Source: Alphaproteobacteria bacterium (lineage in GTDB: Bacteria; Pseudomonadota; Alphaproteobacteria; CBDDJK01). Taken from it: DNA of 64,000 bases. Below are positions 48,749-59,431 of the stretch, piece by piece. The stretch's first letter is position 1; each line of letters begins with the position of its first letter. The translations under genes and the position numbers were made by a program. The stretch is from positions 446 to 64,445 of the forward strand of contig OZ245892.1 of NCBI GenBank assembly GCA_965229605.1. The letters run 5' to 3'. The notes under the pieces were generated by a model. It searched no databases and was not told the DNA's origin. It saw nothing but the letters and a program-made list of their open reading frames with translations.

Positions 48749-49441
48749 TCAGGCAAAAGCCGCAAAAAGCGGAAAACCATCACCTGTTGTCCCGCTTGCA
48801 GACGGATCGACAGCATTTTCAGGATGCGGCATCAGCCCCATCACATTTCCGGTTTTGTTCAAAATCCCGGCGATATTGGCGGCAGAGCCATTGGGGTTGC
48901 CTCTTGTTGATTCTTTTGACGATATATCAATATAGCGCAAGGCAATGCGTCCATCTGCTTCCAACGCGTGAAGCGTGTCGGGGTCAGCGGTGTAATTTCC
49001 ATCATGATGGGCCACCGGAAAAGTAACCTGCTGGCCCGCCTGATAATGATGCAGAAAGGGGCGGATATTTTGTTCAACAATCATATCCACCGGCCGTGAG
49101 ACAAATTTCAAGGCCCGGTTACGCAGCAAGGCTCCGGGCAATAAACCGACTTCGGTCAGGATTTGAAAACCGTTGCAAATCCCCAGAATATAAACGCCCT
49201 GATCGGCGGCTTTTTTAACCGCCTCCATGATCGGGGATTGCGCGGCAATCGCGCCCGGGCGCAGATAATCCCCATAAGAAAAGCCGCCAGGCAATAAAAT
49301 CAAATCGTATTTTTGTGAAAAAACCGTGTCTTTATGCCAGATGATATCCGGCTTTTTCCCTGTTGCACGCATAAAGGCTGCTGCCAGATCGCGCTCCCGG
49401 TTCGTGCCGGGGAAACAGATAAGTGCCGCCTTCATGCTCAA
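48749..49441 (-). CDS. purQ: Phosphoribosylformylglycinamidine synthase subunit PurQ (glutaminase)
   Basis: 230 aa. [23 protein letters not shown] and MPHPE. Confidence 0.95.
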   Translation of the reverse strand: MSMKAALICFPGTNRERDLAAAFMRATGKKPDIIWHKDTVFSQKYDLILLPGGFSYGDYLRPGAIAAQSPIMEAVKKAADQGVYILGICNGFQILTEVGLLPGALLRNRALKFVSRPVDMIVEQNIRPFLHHYQAGQQVTFPVAHHDGNYTADPDTLHALEADGRIALRYIDISSKESTRGNPNGSAANIAGILNKTGNVMGLMPHPENAVDPSASGTTGDGFPLFAAFA

Positions 49442-49681
49442 TCAGGACAGGTTGATTTCGTATGTTTCCACAACTGAATTGACCAAAAGGGCTTCGCACA
49501 TGCGCTCCAGCATCTCACGGGCCCGGGCCGGATCGGTTTCATCAAGCTCAACCGTGATCTCCCGGCCTATACGCACCGACCCCACGCCAGAAAAGCCCAG
49601 CCTCCCCAAGGCCTGCGCCGCAGCTTCCCCTTGCGGGTCAAGCACCCCCTCTTTCAACCGGACAAGAATTTTCGCCTGCAT
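49442..49681 (-). CDS. purS: Phosphoribosylformylglycinamidine synthase subunit PurS
   Basis: The internal ATG at 49681 gives an 80-aa product, MQAKILVRLKEGVLDPQGEAAAQALGRLGF..., which is the typical PurS size. The upstream 45 codons of the ORF are not PurS-like. Confidence 0.85.
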   Translation of the reverse strand: MQAKILVRLKEGVLDPQGEAAAQALGRLGFSGVGSVRIGREITVELDETDPARAREMLERMCEALLVNSVVETYEINLS

Positions 49682-49923
49682 GGCTGCTTGATAAACACAG
49701 ATTCTGGATGATGCAACGCTCAATTCATCCAATCCCGGCTTATCCGCTTTTAAACATATATTGTTTGTTGCTGTAGCCTTTAAAAACCCCTTGCCTGTGC
49801 CTGTTTGCAATGCTAGCAAATATCCAGAACAAAGGGGCCAGGATATATGTATAGAAATATATTTATATTCGGGATCATATAAAGAGTAAGTAAATATTAT
49901 TTGTCAGAAAAAGGAGAGACTTC

Positions 49924-51117
49924 ATGAATAAACTGACGACAACAACAACAGCGGTTGCACTGGCAGCAACAACAATGCTGTCTTCTGCCGCTTTTGCTGA
50001 AGATATTAAACTTGGCGTGTTTCTGGGATTTACCGGACCGCTTGAATCCATCGTTGCTGAAATGGGCCCGGCAGCTGAAATGGCCATCAAAGAAGTGTCC
50101 GATAGCGGGGCCCTGCTTGGTGGCTCCAAAGTGATGGGTGTGCGCGGCGATACAACCTGTATCGATTCAGCCGCAGCAACCGCCGCAGCCGAACGGCTGG
50201 TCACCACCGATAAAGTCCACGCCATTGTCGGCGGTGATTGTTCCGGGGTCACCGGGGCTGCGCTGCAAAATGTCGCCCGGCCAAACGGCGTTGTCATGAT
50301 TTCTCCCTCGGCAACATCGCCAGCCCTCAGCACGGCTGAAGATGACGGGCTGTTCTTCCGCACCGCGCCGTCCGATGCGCGTCAGGGCGAAATTGTCCGC
50401 GATATTTTGAACGACAAAGGCGTCAAAACCATTGCCATGACCTATACCAACAACGATTATGGCAAAGGCTTGGCCGATTCCATTCAACGCAATTTTGAAG
50501 AAGCTGGCGGCACCGTCACCATTTCGGCCTCGCACGAAGATGGCAAAGCCGATTATTCCGCAGAAGTCGCAGCCCTTGCCCAGGCCGGGGGTGATATTCT
50601 GGTGGTTGCTGGTTATCTTGACCAGGGCGGCAAAGGCGTTATTCAAGGCGCGCTTGACACCGGGGCTTTTGATACCTTCTATATTCCTGATGGCATGGTC
50701 GGTGATGCCCTGCCAAAAGCGATTGGTCCGGACCTTGATGGCACCTATGGGGCCGCACCGGGGACTGACAGCCCGGGGGCTGCCACCTTTGCTTCAATGG
50801 CGAAAGGGTTTGATGCCTCCACCCCGTTCACGGCTGAATCCTATGATGCGGCAGCCCTGATCATGCTGGCCATGCAGGCCGCTGGCTCCTCCGACAGCAA
50901 GGTCTTTAAAGACAAGGTCATGGATGTCGCCAATGCGCCGGGCGAACAAATTTTCCCGGGTGAACTGGCAAAAGGGCTGAAAATTCTCGCCGATGGTGGG
51001 GAAATCGACTACGTTGGGGCCTCTGCGGTGGAACTGATCGGCCCGGGCGAAAGCGCAGGGAATTATCGCGAAATCGAAGTCAAGGGCGGTGAAATCGTCA
51101 CGGTTCGCTATCGCTAA
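49924..51117 (+). CDS. ABC transporter substrate-binding protein, branched-chain amino acid (LivK/Peripla_BP_6) family
   Basis: 397 aa with a signal peptide. IKLGVFLGFTGPLESI..., AIVGGDCSGVT. Followed by Liv-type ATPases and permeases. Confidence 0.85.
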   Translation: MNKLTTTTTAVALAATTMLSSAAFAEDIKLGVFLGFTGPLESIVAEMGPAAEMAIKEVSDSGALLGGSKVMGVRGDTTCIDSAAATAAAERLVTTDKVHAIVGGDCSGVTGAALQNVARPNGVVMISPSATSPALSTAEDDGLFFRTAPSDARQGEIVRDILNDKGVKTIAMTYTNNDYGKGLADSIQRNFEEAGGTVTISASHEDGKADYSAEVAALAQAGGDILVVAGYLDQGGKGVIQGALDTGAFDTFYIPDGMVGDALPKAIGPDLDGTYGAAPGTDSPGAATFASMAKGFDASTPFTAESYDAAALIMLAMQAAGSSDSKVFKDKVMDVANAPGEQIFPGELAKGLKILADGGEIDYVGASAVELIGPGESAGNYREIEVKGGEIVTVRYR

Positions 51118-51149
51118 TCTGATCAGCGACTTTCGCAAACTGGATAAAG

Positions 51150-51182
51150 AAAACGGCCTGGGCTAAAACCAGGCCGTTTTTG
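51150..51182 (+). terminator. Rho-independent terminator/attenuator after the binding-protein gene
   Basis: AAAACGGCCTGG (51150-51161) pairs with CCAGGCCGTTTT (51169-51180) and is followed by T. Confidence 0.8.
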
Positions 51183-51205
51183 TATCTATTCTTTAAGAGG
51201 ACAGC

Positions 51206-52018
51206 ATGATTGTTGTTGAGGATGTCCATAAGCATTTTGGCGGCCTTCATGCGGTTGACGGCGCTTCGCTGACCATTGAAACCGGCTCGATCACCGGGCT
51301 GATTGGTCCCAACGGGGCGGGCAAGACAACGCTTTTCAATGTGATTGCCGGGCTGCATAAACCGACCTCTGGCCGGGTGCTGCTGGATGGCAAGGATATC
51401 ACCGGGCTGGCCCCGCATGAACTTTTTGAAAAAGGCCTGTTGCGGACGTTTCAAATCGCGCATGAATTTTCCACGCTCACGGTGCGCGAAAACCTGATGA
51501 TGGTGCCGGGCAGCCAGTCGGGGGAAAGCCTGCTGCAAACCTGGCTTAACCGCAAAAAGGTGCAGGCGCAGGAAGAAGACATCCGCAAAAAAGCTGATGA
51601 GGTCATTGAATTTCTTGAAATCTCGCAAGTTGCGGATGAGTTGGCGGGGAATTTATCGGGCGGGCAGAAGAAACTGCTGGAATTGGGGCGGACAATGATG
51701 GTGGATGCCAAAATCGTCTTTCTGGATGAAGTCGGGGCCGGGGTAAACCGCACCTTGCTCAATACGATTGGCGATGCGATTTTGCGTTTGAATAAAGAGC
51801 GTGGCTATACTTTCTGCCTGATCGAACATGATATGGATTTTATCGCCCGGCTCTGCGATCCGGTTATTTGCATGGCCGAAGGAAAAGTCCTGACCCAGGG
51901 CACTATTGCCGAGGTCAAAAATAACGAGGATGTGATAGAGGCCTATCTGGGGGCAGGGCTGAAAAATAAAGCCGCGCAATCATCCACACAACAAGTGCCT
52001 GAACTGGAAAAAGCCTGA
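51206..52018 (+). CDS. ABC transporter ATP-binding protein (LivG-like)
   Basis: GLIGPNGAGKTTLFN, LSGGQKKLLELGR and FLDEVGAG. Confidence 0.9.
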   Translation: MIVVEDVHKHFGGLHAVDGASLTIETGSITGLIGPNGAGKTTLFNVIAGLHKPTSGRVLLDGKDITGLAPHELFEKGLLRTFQIAHEFSTLTVRENLMMVPGSQSGESLLQTWLNRKKVQAQEEDIRKKADEVIEFLEISQVADELAGNLSGGQKKLLELGRTMMVDAKIVFLDEVGAGVNRTLLNTIGDAILRLNKERGYTFCLIEHDMDFIARLCDPVICMAEGKVLTQGTIAEVKNNEDVIEAYLGAGLKNKAAQSSTQQVPELEKA

Positions 52019-52722
52019 TGGCTTTTCTGCTTGGCGAAAATATGACCGGGGGCTATGGCGGGGCGGATATCCTGCATGACTGCACCATCGGGGTTGAAAA
52101 AGGCGAAATCGCGGTGGTTGTCGGGCCCAATGGGGCGGGCAAATCAACGGCGATGAAAGCGGTTTTTGGCATGTTGGGCTTGCGCCAGGGAAAGGTGTCG
52201 ATGGCCGGGGAGGATATATCAGCCCTGACTCCGCAAGCGCGGGTCAAAAAGGGAATGGGCTTTGTCCCGCAGACCAATAATGTTTTCACCAGCCTGACGG
52301 TTGAAGAAAATCTGGAGATGGGGGCCTTTATCCGCGAGGATGACAGCACCGGGACTATGGAGCAGGTCTTTGATCTGTTCCCGATCCTCAAGCAGAAACG
52401 CCGCCAGCCTGCGGGTGAGCTTTCGGGCGGGCAACGCCAGCAAGTCGCGGTCGGGCGGGCCTTGATGACCAAGCCGATGGTGCTGATGCTGGATGAGCCA
52501 ACAGCCGGAGTCTCGCCGATTGTGATGGATGAATTATTTGACCGGATTATTGAAATCGCCCGCACCGGCATTGCTATTTTGATGGTCGAGCAAAATGCCA
52601 AACAGGCCCTGAATATTGCCGATAAAGGCTATGTGCTGGCGCAGGGGTCCAACCGCTATACCGATACGGGAGAAGCCTTGCTGGCCAACCCCGATGTCCG
52701 CAAGGCCTTTCTGGGGGGCTAG
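52018..52722 (+). CDS. ABC transporter ATP-binding protein (LivF-like)
   Basis: VVGPNGAGKSTAMK, LSGGQRQQVAVGRAL and MLDEPTAG. Confidence 0.9.
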   Translation: MAFLLGENMTGGYGGADILHDCTIGVEKGEIAVVVGPNGAGKSTAMKAVFGMLGLRQGKVSMAGEDISALTPQARVKKGMGFVPQTNNVFTSLTVEENLEMGAFIREDDSTGTMEQVFDLFPILKQKRRQPAGELSGGQRQQVAVGRALMTKPMVLMLDEPTAGVSPIVMDELFDRIIEIARTGIAILMVEQNAKQALNIADKGYVLAQGSNRYTDTGEALLANPDVRKAFLGG

Positions 52723-52724
52723 AT

Positions 52725-53738
52725 ATGCAGGACTTCTTCAATGCAATAACGCTTTTGACCAATTTTGTTATCACGCCAGGGCTGACCTATGGCTGCCAAC
52801 TGGCTCTGGGGGCTTTGGGCGCAACCTTGATTTACGGAGTCCTGCGCTTTTCAAATTTTGCCCACGGCGAAACCATGTCCTTTGGCACCATGAGTGTTAT
52901 TCTGTTTACCTGGATGCTTCAGGCGCAAGGCGTGTCGCTGGGGCCTTTCCCGACCGCCCTGCTGGCTCTGCCTATCGGAATTATCGCCGCCATCGCCCTT
53001 TTGCTTGGAACCGACCGGCTGGTTTATAAATTCTACCGCCGCCAGCGATCTAGCCCGGTGATCTTCCTGATTGCCTCGCTGGGGGTGATGTTTGTCTATA
53101 ACGGGCTTATCCGCTTTATTATCGGGCCCAATGATCAGGTCTTTCTTGACGGATCACGCTTTATTTTCACCGCCCGCGAATTTAAAGCCGCAACCGGCCT
53201 TGAACAGGGCATGGCCTTGAAAATGACCCAAGGACTCACGGTTGTCGTGACCGTGATCTGTGTCGCCGCCCTGTTCTGGTTCCTGACCCGCACCCGCACC
53301 GGAAAATCCATGCGCGCCTATTCGGATAATGAAGATTTGGCGCTCTTGTCCGGAATCAACCCCGACCGCGTGGTGATGATCGCCTGGATTCTCACCGCAA
53401 CCCTGGCCACTGTTGCCGGGACCCTCTATGGGCTGGATAAAAGCTATAAACCCTTTATCTTTTTGCAAATCCTGCTGCCGATCTTTGCTGCCGCCATTGT
53501 CGGCGGGCTTGGCAGCCCAATCGGGGCGATTGCCGGAGGCTTTATCATCGCCTTTTCCGAAGTGTTCCTGACCTTTGCCTATAAACGGTTTTTGGCCTAT
53601 CTTCTGCCCGACTCCATGGCCCCGGAAGGGCTGGTGCAATTCCTGTCTACCGATTATAAATTCGCCATCTCCTTTGCCATTCTGGTGATCGTCTTGCTGG
53701 TCCGACCGACTGGCATTTTTAAAGGTCAAACTTTATGA
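52725..53738 (+). CDS. Branched-chain amino acid ABC transporter permease (LivH-like)
   Basis: 337 aa and polytopic. LTYGVLRFSNFAHGE and SMRAYSDNEDLALLSGIN. Confidence 0.85.
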   Translation: MQDFFNAITLLTNFVITPGLTYGCQLALGALGATLIYGVLRFSNFAHGETMSFGTMSVILFTWMLQAQGVSLGPFPTALLALPIGIIAAIALLLGTDRLVYKFYRRQRSSPVIFLIASLGVMFVYNGLIRFIIGPNDQVFLDGSRFIFTAREFKAATGLEQGMALKMTQGLTVVVTVICVAALFWFLTRTRTGKSMRAYSDNEDLALLSGINPDRVVMIAWILTATLATVAGTLYGLDKSYKPFIFLQILLPIFAAAIVGGLGSPIGAIAGGFIIAFSEVFLTFAYKRFLAYLLPDSMAPEGLVQFLSTDYKFAISFAILVIVLLVRPTGIFKGQTL

Positions 53739-55036
53739 TGATCAATAAACGCAATATCACACTCTTTGCGCTTATGGGGGGGCTGTTTGTGCTGGTCGGG
53801 ACGATTCAAAGCTGGACTCTGTCGCTGACCATTTTAAACCTCTGCCTGATCTCGGCGATCATGGCACTGGGAGTCAATATTCAATGGGGCTATGCCGGGC
53901 TTTTGAATGTCGGCGTCATGGGATTTACCGCGCTTGGCGGGCTGGCTGCCGTGCTGGTGTCAGCCCCGCCGGTTCAGGAAGCCTGGGCTGCCGGAGGGGT
54001 GCAGATTTTTGCCTCTGCCATTCCAATCCTGATTGCCGTTGGCGTGATTCTGGCGGTCTATCCCCGCTTGCGCGGAACCCGGCGGATTGTTGTTATTTCC
54101 TTGATTGGAGCCATCGGCTATTTCTGTGCGCGGGCCTTCTATACCCCGGCAGCAAGCGCAATCGAGGCCGTCAACCCCGCCTCTTTCGGCTTTCTCGGCG
54201 GGCTGGGACAACCGATCATCTTCTCATGGATGCTGGGCGGGATTTTTGCCGCCGCCGCTGCCTGGCTGGTTGGCAAGACCGCGCTTGGGTTGCGCTCCGA
54301 CTATCTGGCGATTGCCACGCTCGGCATTTCCGAAATCATTGTCGCCATCATCAAATTTGAAGAATGGATGACTCGCGGAGTCAAAAATGTCTCTGGCCTG
54401 CCGCGCCCGGTCCCCTATGAAGTCGATATCAAGGAATCGCTCTATTGGCAGGATATCGCCACCAGCTGGAATATCTCGATTGTCGAACTCTCCTCGGTGA
54501 TTGTTAAACTTTGCTATGCCGGGCTATTTGCGGTTGTCCTATTCATCCTGCTCTATCTGGCCGAAAAAGCCTTGAACTCCCCGTGGGGTCGGATGATGCG
54601 GGCGATCCGCGACAACGAAACAGCCGCAGAAGCCATGGGAAAAGACGTCAAAGGCCGCCATCTTCAAGTCTTTGTGCTTGGGGCAGCCGTGATCGGGGTT
54701 GCCGGGGCCATGCTGACCACGCTGGACGGGCAGTTCACGCCAGGCTCCTACCAGCCGTTGCGCTTTACCTTTTTGATCTGGGTCATGGTGATTGTCGGCG
54801 GGTCCGGCAATAACTGGGGCGCGGTGCTGGGCGGATTTGTGATCTGGTTCTTCTGGGTCGAGGCTGAACCGCTAGGCCTGTGGCTGATGGATTTGATCAC
54901 CGCCGGAATGGCTGAGGAAAACGCACTGAAACAGCATCTGCTGGCCTCGGCCTCCCATATGCGGCTGATGACAATGGGGATTATCCTTTTGCTGGTGCTG
55001 CGCTTTTCACCGCGTGGGCTTATTCCTGAACGATAG
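53735..55036 (+). CDS. Branched-chain amino acid ABC transporter permease (LivM-like)
   Basis: 433 aa and polytopic. GYAGLLNVGVMGF and MRAIRDNETAAEAMGKD. Confidence 0.85.
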   Translation: MMINKRNITLFALMGGLFVLVGTIQSWTLSLTILNLCLISAIMALGVNIQWGYAGLLNVGVMGFTALGGLAAVLVSAPPVQEAWAAGGVQIFASAIPILIAVGVILAVYPRLRGTRRIVVISLIGAIGYFCARAFYTPAASAIEAVNPASFGFLGGLGQPIIFSWMLGGIFAAAAAWLVGKTALGLRSDYLAIATLGISEIIVAIIKFEEWMTRGVKNVSGLPRPVPYEVDIKESLYWQDIATSWNISIVELSSVIVKLCYAGLFAVVLFILLYLAEKALNSPWGRMMRAIRDNETAAEAMGKDVKGRHLQVFVLGAAVIGVAGAMLTTLDGQFTPGSYQPLRFTFLIWVMVIVGGSGNNWGAVLGGFVIWFFWVEAEPLGLWLMDLITAGMAEENALKQHLLASASHMRLMTMGIILLLVLRFSPRGLIPER

Positions 55037-55052
55037 GGGTTTGGGGGGATAA

Positions 55053-56288
55053 ATGGCGACATCAATTCAGCGCATACCTGACAAGACAAGCTATGATGTG
55101 GTGATTATCGGCGGGGCGATTATGGGCTCCTCAACCGCATGGTTCCTGAGCGAAAATAAAGATTTTAATGGCTCGGTTCTGGTTGTTGAGCGGGATATGA
55201 GCTATGAATTCTGTTCAACCATGCATACAAATTCCTGTATGCGCCAGCAGTTTTCGACGGAACTCAATATACGGATCAGCCAGTTTGCGGCTAATTTTGT
55301 GAAAAACCTGCGTGACTATATGGGCGGCGATGAGCGGGTCCCTGACTTGTCGATTCGCAGCTTTGGCTATATGTATCTGGCGGATAACCCGGCTTTTGCA
55401 GACGTTTTGCGGGATAACCAGAAAATTCAGCGCGCAGCCGGGGCCGCCACCCAGCTGATGACCCCGGACGAGATCAAAGCGGCCTATCCTTTTTATAATA
55501 TAGACGATATTTTACTGGGCTCCATCAATCTGGTGGATGAAGGCTTTTGGGATGGAACGGCGGTTTTTGACCATTTGCGGCGGTCAGCGATTGAACGCGG
55601 CGTGACCTATATTGAAAATGAGATCGTGGCCATCAATCGTGCCAAAACTGGGAAAAGAGGGGCCGGAAACAGAGTTGAAAGCGTGACGCTGCAATCGGGT
55701 GAAACAGTCTCTTGCGGGCAGCTTGTCAATGCCTCTGGCCCGCGGGCAGCCCGCACCGCCCGTATGGCCGGGGTGGAGGTGCCGATTGAACCACGAAAAC
55801 GCTATTCCTGGGTTTTTTCTGCCAGCAAGCCGCTTGATCGTGATCTGCCGCTGACCATTGATCCGTCCGGCATTCATGTCCGTGAAAATGGTGGTGGCAC
55901 CTATCAATGCGGCGGGCATGGCGATCACGACCCGGCGGCGGATTATGATGATTTCACCATGGATTTTTCGCTCTGGGAAAACAAGGTCTGGCCTGTGCTT
56001 GCCCACCGGATTCCGCAATTTGACGCCATAAAAGTCCAGGCCGAATGGACTGGCCATTATGCCTATAATACATTGGATCATAATGCGGTTATGGGGCCGC
56101 CGCCGGGTCTGGATAATTTTATCTTTCTGAACGGATTTTCCGGGCATGGGTTGCAGCAATCGCCAGCAATGGGGCGGGCAACTTCTGAATTTCTGACCTA
56201 TGGCGAATACCGCACGCTGGATATGTCGCCTTTCGGCTACGAGCGGATTATCCACAACCAGCCGCTTGTTGAAAAAGCCGTGATCTGA
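55053..56288 (+). CDS. FAD-dependent oxidoreductase (DAO family)
   Basis: 411 aa. The N-terminal dinucleotide-binding motif is YDVVIIGGAIMGSSTAWFL. Confidence 0.8.
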   Translation: MATSIQRIPDKTSYDVVIIGGAIMGSSTAWFLSENKDFNGSVLVVERDMSYEFCSTMHTNSCMRQQFSTELNIRISQFAANFVKNLRDYMGGDERVPDLSIRSFGYMYLADNPAFADVLRDNQKIQRAAGAATQLMTPDEIKAAYPFYNIDDILLGSINLVDEGFWDGTAVFDHLRRSAIERGVTYIENEIVAINRAKTGKRGAGNRVESVTLQSGETVSCGQLVNASGPRAARTARMAGVEVPIEPRKRYSWVFSASKPLDRDLPLTIDPSGIHVRENGGGTYQCGGHGDHDPAADYDDFTMDFSLWENKVWPVLAHRIPQFDAIKVQAEWTGHYAYNTLDHNAVMGPPPGLDNFIFLNGFSGHGLQQSPAMGRATSEFLTYGEYRTLDMSPFGYERIIHNQPLVEKAVI

Positions 56289-56388
56289 AAATCATCTTTT
56301 GACGAAAGGGGATTTTACGAGTTACAGTGCAACGGTGAGCATGATCACATCATATGATCATTCATTTAAAAATTAAGGGAGATTCATC

Positions 56389-57411
56389 ATGACAAAATTA
56401 TTTGGCCCAAAATTATTTGATCGCGGCTGGATGCGCACAACGCTTGGCACTGTCGCGGTGTCCGGGCTTTTGGGGTTGGCCGCAAGCGGGGCTGCGTTGG
56501 CTGAAAAATGGGATATGCCGATGGCCTATTCGGCAAGCAATTTCCATTCTGCAACCGGGGCTGAATTTGCCCGCTGTGTCACAACCGGCACCAATGGCGG
56601 CATTGAAATTGTGACTCATCCTTCGGGGTCCCTGTTCAAGGGCGCCGATATCAAGCGGGCCATTCAGACCAATCAGGTGCCGATTGGCGAGCGGCTCTTG
56701 TCCGGTCACCAGAATGAAAGCCCGATCTTCGGGATTGATTCCATTCCTTTCCTGGCCACGTCCTTTGATGATGCGGCGAAATTATGGGAAGTCTCGCGCC
56801 CGGCCCTGGAAGAGGTACTGGATGAGCAAAATCTTGTGCTGCTTTATTCTGTGCCCTGGCCACCGCAGGGGCTTTATTTCAAGAAAGAAGTCAATTCGGT
56901 TGCCGATATGGAAGGGATCAAGTTCCGGTCCTATAATAATGCCACCGCCCGGCTGGCCGAATTGACCGGCATGTTGCCCGTGACGATTGAAGCGGCTGAA
57001 ATCAGCCAGGCTTTTGCCACCGGGGTTGCTGAATCCATGATTTCTTCTGGCTCAACTGGCTATGACCGGAAAGTCTGGGAAAGTCTCACGCATTTTTATG
57101 AAGTCGATGCCTGGCTGCCGCGCAATTATGTGATGGTCAATAAAGAGGCCTGGGGCGATACCGATCCGGCCCATCAGGCGGTGATCCGGGGCTGTGCCGA
57201 ATTTGCCGAATATGCCGGAACATGGCGGGCCAAGGAATATACCGGCTTTACGCTGAATGGGCTACGGGCTGGCGGCATGACGGTTCAAAGAGCCGGCGAT
57301 AAACTGACCAGCGACCTGCGCGCGATTGGCGAAACCATGACCGCAGAATGGCTGGAAAGTGCCGGGGCCGAAGGCCAGGCGATTGTTGATGCCTTCAAGG
57401 CGGCGCAATAA
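56389..57411 (+). CDS. TRAP transporter substrate-binding protein (DctP family)
   Basis: 340 aa with a signal peptide. Followed by the small and large TRAP permease genes. Confidence 0.8.
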   Translation: MTKLFGPKLFDRGWMRTTLGTVAVSGLLGLAASGAALAEKWDMPMAYSASNFHSATGAEFARCVTTGTNGGIEIVTHPSGSLFKGADIKRAIQTNQVPIGERLLSGHQNESPIFGIDSIPFLATSFDDAAKLWEVSRPALEEVLDEQNLVLLYSVPWPPQGLYFKKEVNSVADMEGIKFRSYNNATARLAELTGMLPVTIEAAEISQAFATGVAESMISSGSTGYDRKVWESLTHFYEVDAWLPRNYVMVNKEAWGDTDPAHQAVIRGCAEFAEYAGTWRAKEYTGFTLNGLRAGGMTVQRAGDKLTSDLRAIGETMTAEWLESAGAEGQAIVDAFKAAQ

Positions 57412-57472
57412 AGGGAACAAAGCGTAAAATGCGCAAAACGGGGCTGTTGGCGGTCTGTCTTATTAGGGTCAG

Positions 57473-58075
57473 ATGGTGAACTGTCTGATGATGGACCGTC
57501 AATATCCCCATCCCTTGCTTGCTTCATTCGCGCATTCCTTAAGAAAAGGACTTGATCTGCTTTATCTGGCCTCTGGCGTGCTGGGGGCCATCGGATTGAT
57601 CGCCATCCTGATTTTAATCGTCTTGCAAATGATGGCCCGCTGGTTCGGCCAGCTGTTCCTTGGCGCGCCCGACTATGCTGGCTATGCCATGGCCGCCGCC
57701 AGCTTCTTTGCCTTTGCCTATGCACTCAATCACGGTGCGCATATCCGGGTCTCCATCCTGCTCAATATGGTGTCCGAACGAACGCGCTATGTCCTTGACC
57801 TCTGGTGCTTCGCCATTGGCTCAATTGTCAGTATCTATGTCACCTGGTTTGCCTTTCGTGCCGCCTATTGGTCGTGGAAATTCCACGATGTCAGCCAGGG
57901 CCAGGACGCAACCCCGCTCTGGATTCCCCAAAGCGTCATGGTCATCGGCAGCTTTGTACTCTCGGTCGCTCTGCTCGATAATCTGATCAGCATGATCCTG
58001 ACCGGACGCTACCGCATGACCTCGCCAGCCAAACCCAATGACCCCGCACCCGAAAATGATTCAGAAAAATCCTGA
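57473..58075 (+). CDS. TRAP transporter small permease (DctQ family)
   Basis: About 190 aa with 4 TM segments, positioned between the DctP-like and DctM-like genes. The start is uncertain (GTG 57473 or ATG 57488). Confidence 0.75.
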   Translation: MVNCLMMDRQYPHPLLASFAHSLRKGLDLLYLASGVLGAIGLIAILILIVLQMMARWFGQLFLGAPDYAGYAMAAASFFAFAYALNHGAHIRVSILLNMVSERTRYVLDLWCFAIGSIVSIYVTWFAFRAAYWSWKFHDVSQGQDATPLWIPQSVMVIGSFVLSVALLDNLISMILTGRYRMTSPAKPNDPAPENDSEKS

Positions 58076-58102
58076 CGGTATCCCAATCTAACTGACGATT
58101 AA

Positions 58103-59410
58103 ATGGAAAACTTTGAAATTATCGGCCTGTTCCTGTTTGTCCTCTTCCTGATGCTGGGCTCCGGGGTGTGGATCGGCCTCGCCCTCACCGGGGTGGCATG
58201 GGTCGGAATCCAGCTCTTCACAGAACGACCCGTCGGAGACGTCATGATCACAACCATGTGGTCAACCGCTTCCTCCTGGACCCTGACCGCCTTGCCGCTC
58301 TTCGTCTGGATGGGCGAAATCCTCTACCGAACCCGCCTGTCCGAGGATATGTTCAAAGGACTGGCCCCCTGGATGGCCCGACTGCCCGGCGGACTCATGC
58401 ACACAAATATCGTCGGATGCACCATCTTCGCCGCCGTCTCCGGCTCCTCCGCCGCAACGCTCACAACCATCGGGAAAATGTCAATCCCCGAACTCCGCCG
58501 CAGAAAATACCCCGAACCCATGACCATCGGAACTCTGGCCGGTGCCGCAACCCTCGGACTGATGATCCCGCCCTCCCTCACCCTGATCGTCTATGGAGTC
58601 ACCATCAACGAATCCATCACAAAACTATTCTTCGCAGGGGTGCTGCCCGGCCTGCTGCTCGCCCTGCTGTTTATGGGATATGTCGCTGTCGCCTCCAAAC
58701 TGTCGCGAAACTGGAACCCGATGCCCGAAGAACCCCTCGACCTCATCACAAAAATCCGTAACTCACGATTCCTCCTGCCCGTGATCGGACTCATCCTGCT
58801 CGTCATCGGGTCAATGTATCTCGGATACGCAACCGCAACCGAAGCCGCAGCCTTCGGCGTGATTGGTGCCCTCGGACTGGCCGCCCTGCAAGGCTCCCTC
58901 AACTGGCAAAGCTTCCGCGAAAGCCTCATGGGCGCAACCCGGACCTCCGCAATGATCGCATTCATCCTGGTCGGAGCCGCCTTCCTGTCGCTGTCCATGG
59001 GATTTACAGGCCTGCCCCGCGCCCTCGCCAACGGAATCGCAGCCTGGGAACTCAGCCAGTTCGAACTGCTCATGGCCCTGCTGGTGTTCTATATTGTCCT
59101 CGGAATGTATCTCGATGGAATCTCGTCAGTTGTCCTCACCATGGCCGTCGTCGAGCCTATGCTCCGCCAGGCCGGAATCGACCTCATCTGGTTCGGAATC
59201 TTTATCGTCGTCGTCGTCGAAATGGCGCAAATCACCCCGCCCATTGGCTTTAACCTTTTCGTCCTGCAAGGAATGACCCATCACGAAATGGGATTTATCG
59301 CACGCGCCGCCTTGCCTATGTTTGCAATTATGGTGGTCATGGTCTTTATTCTGATCGCCTTCCCCGACCTGGCCACCTGGCTGCCGGAGAATATTCGCAG
59401 CACACCTTGA
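58103..59410 (+). CDS. TRAP transporter large permease (DctM family)
   Basis: 435 aa and polytopic. The size and hydrophobic pattern are typical of DctM. Confidence 0.85.
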   Translation: MENFEIIGLFLFVLFLMLGSGVWIGLALTGVAWVGIQLFTERPVGDVMITTMWSTASSWTLTALPLFVWMGEILYRTRLSEDMFKGLAPWMARLPGGLMHTNIVGCTIFAAVSGSSAATLTTIGKMSIPELRRRKYPEPMTIGTLAGAATLGLMIPPSLTLIVYGVTINESITKLFFAGVLPGLLLALLFMGYVAVASKLSRNWNPMPEEPLDLITKIRNSRFLLPVIGLILLVIGSMYLGYATATEAAAFGVIGALGLAALQGSLNWQSFRESLMGATRTSAMIAFILVGAAFLSLSMGFTGLPRALANGIAAWELSQFELLMALLVFYIVLGMYLDGISSVVLTMAVVEPMLRQAGIDLIWFGIFIVVVVEMAQITPPIGFNLFVLQGMTHHEMGFIARAALPMFAIMVVMVFILIAFPDLATWLPENIRSTP

Positions 59411-59431
59411 TGGAAGCTTTAAACGGCTCAT

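Noticed and set aside
48027-48935. A 302-aa plus-strand ORF.
   Set aside because: It is a codon-aligned antisense shadow of purL/purQ with no recognisable motifs.
49682-49819. An N-terminal extension of the purS ORF (125 aa in the track).
   Set aside because: PurS proteins are about 80 aa, and the conserved sequence starts at the internal ATG (49681). The upstream part is not PurS-like.
56254-56262. A perfect DnaA-box-like TTATCCACA.
   Set aside because: It is a single copy inside the FAD-oxidoreductase coding region, with no cluster and no AT-rich unwinding element. I treat it as chance.
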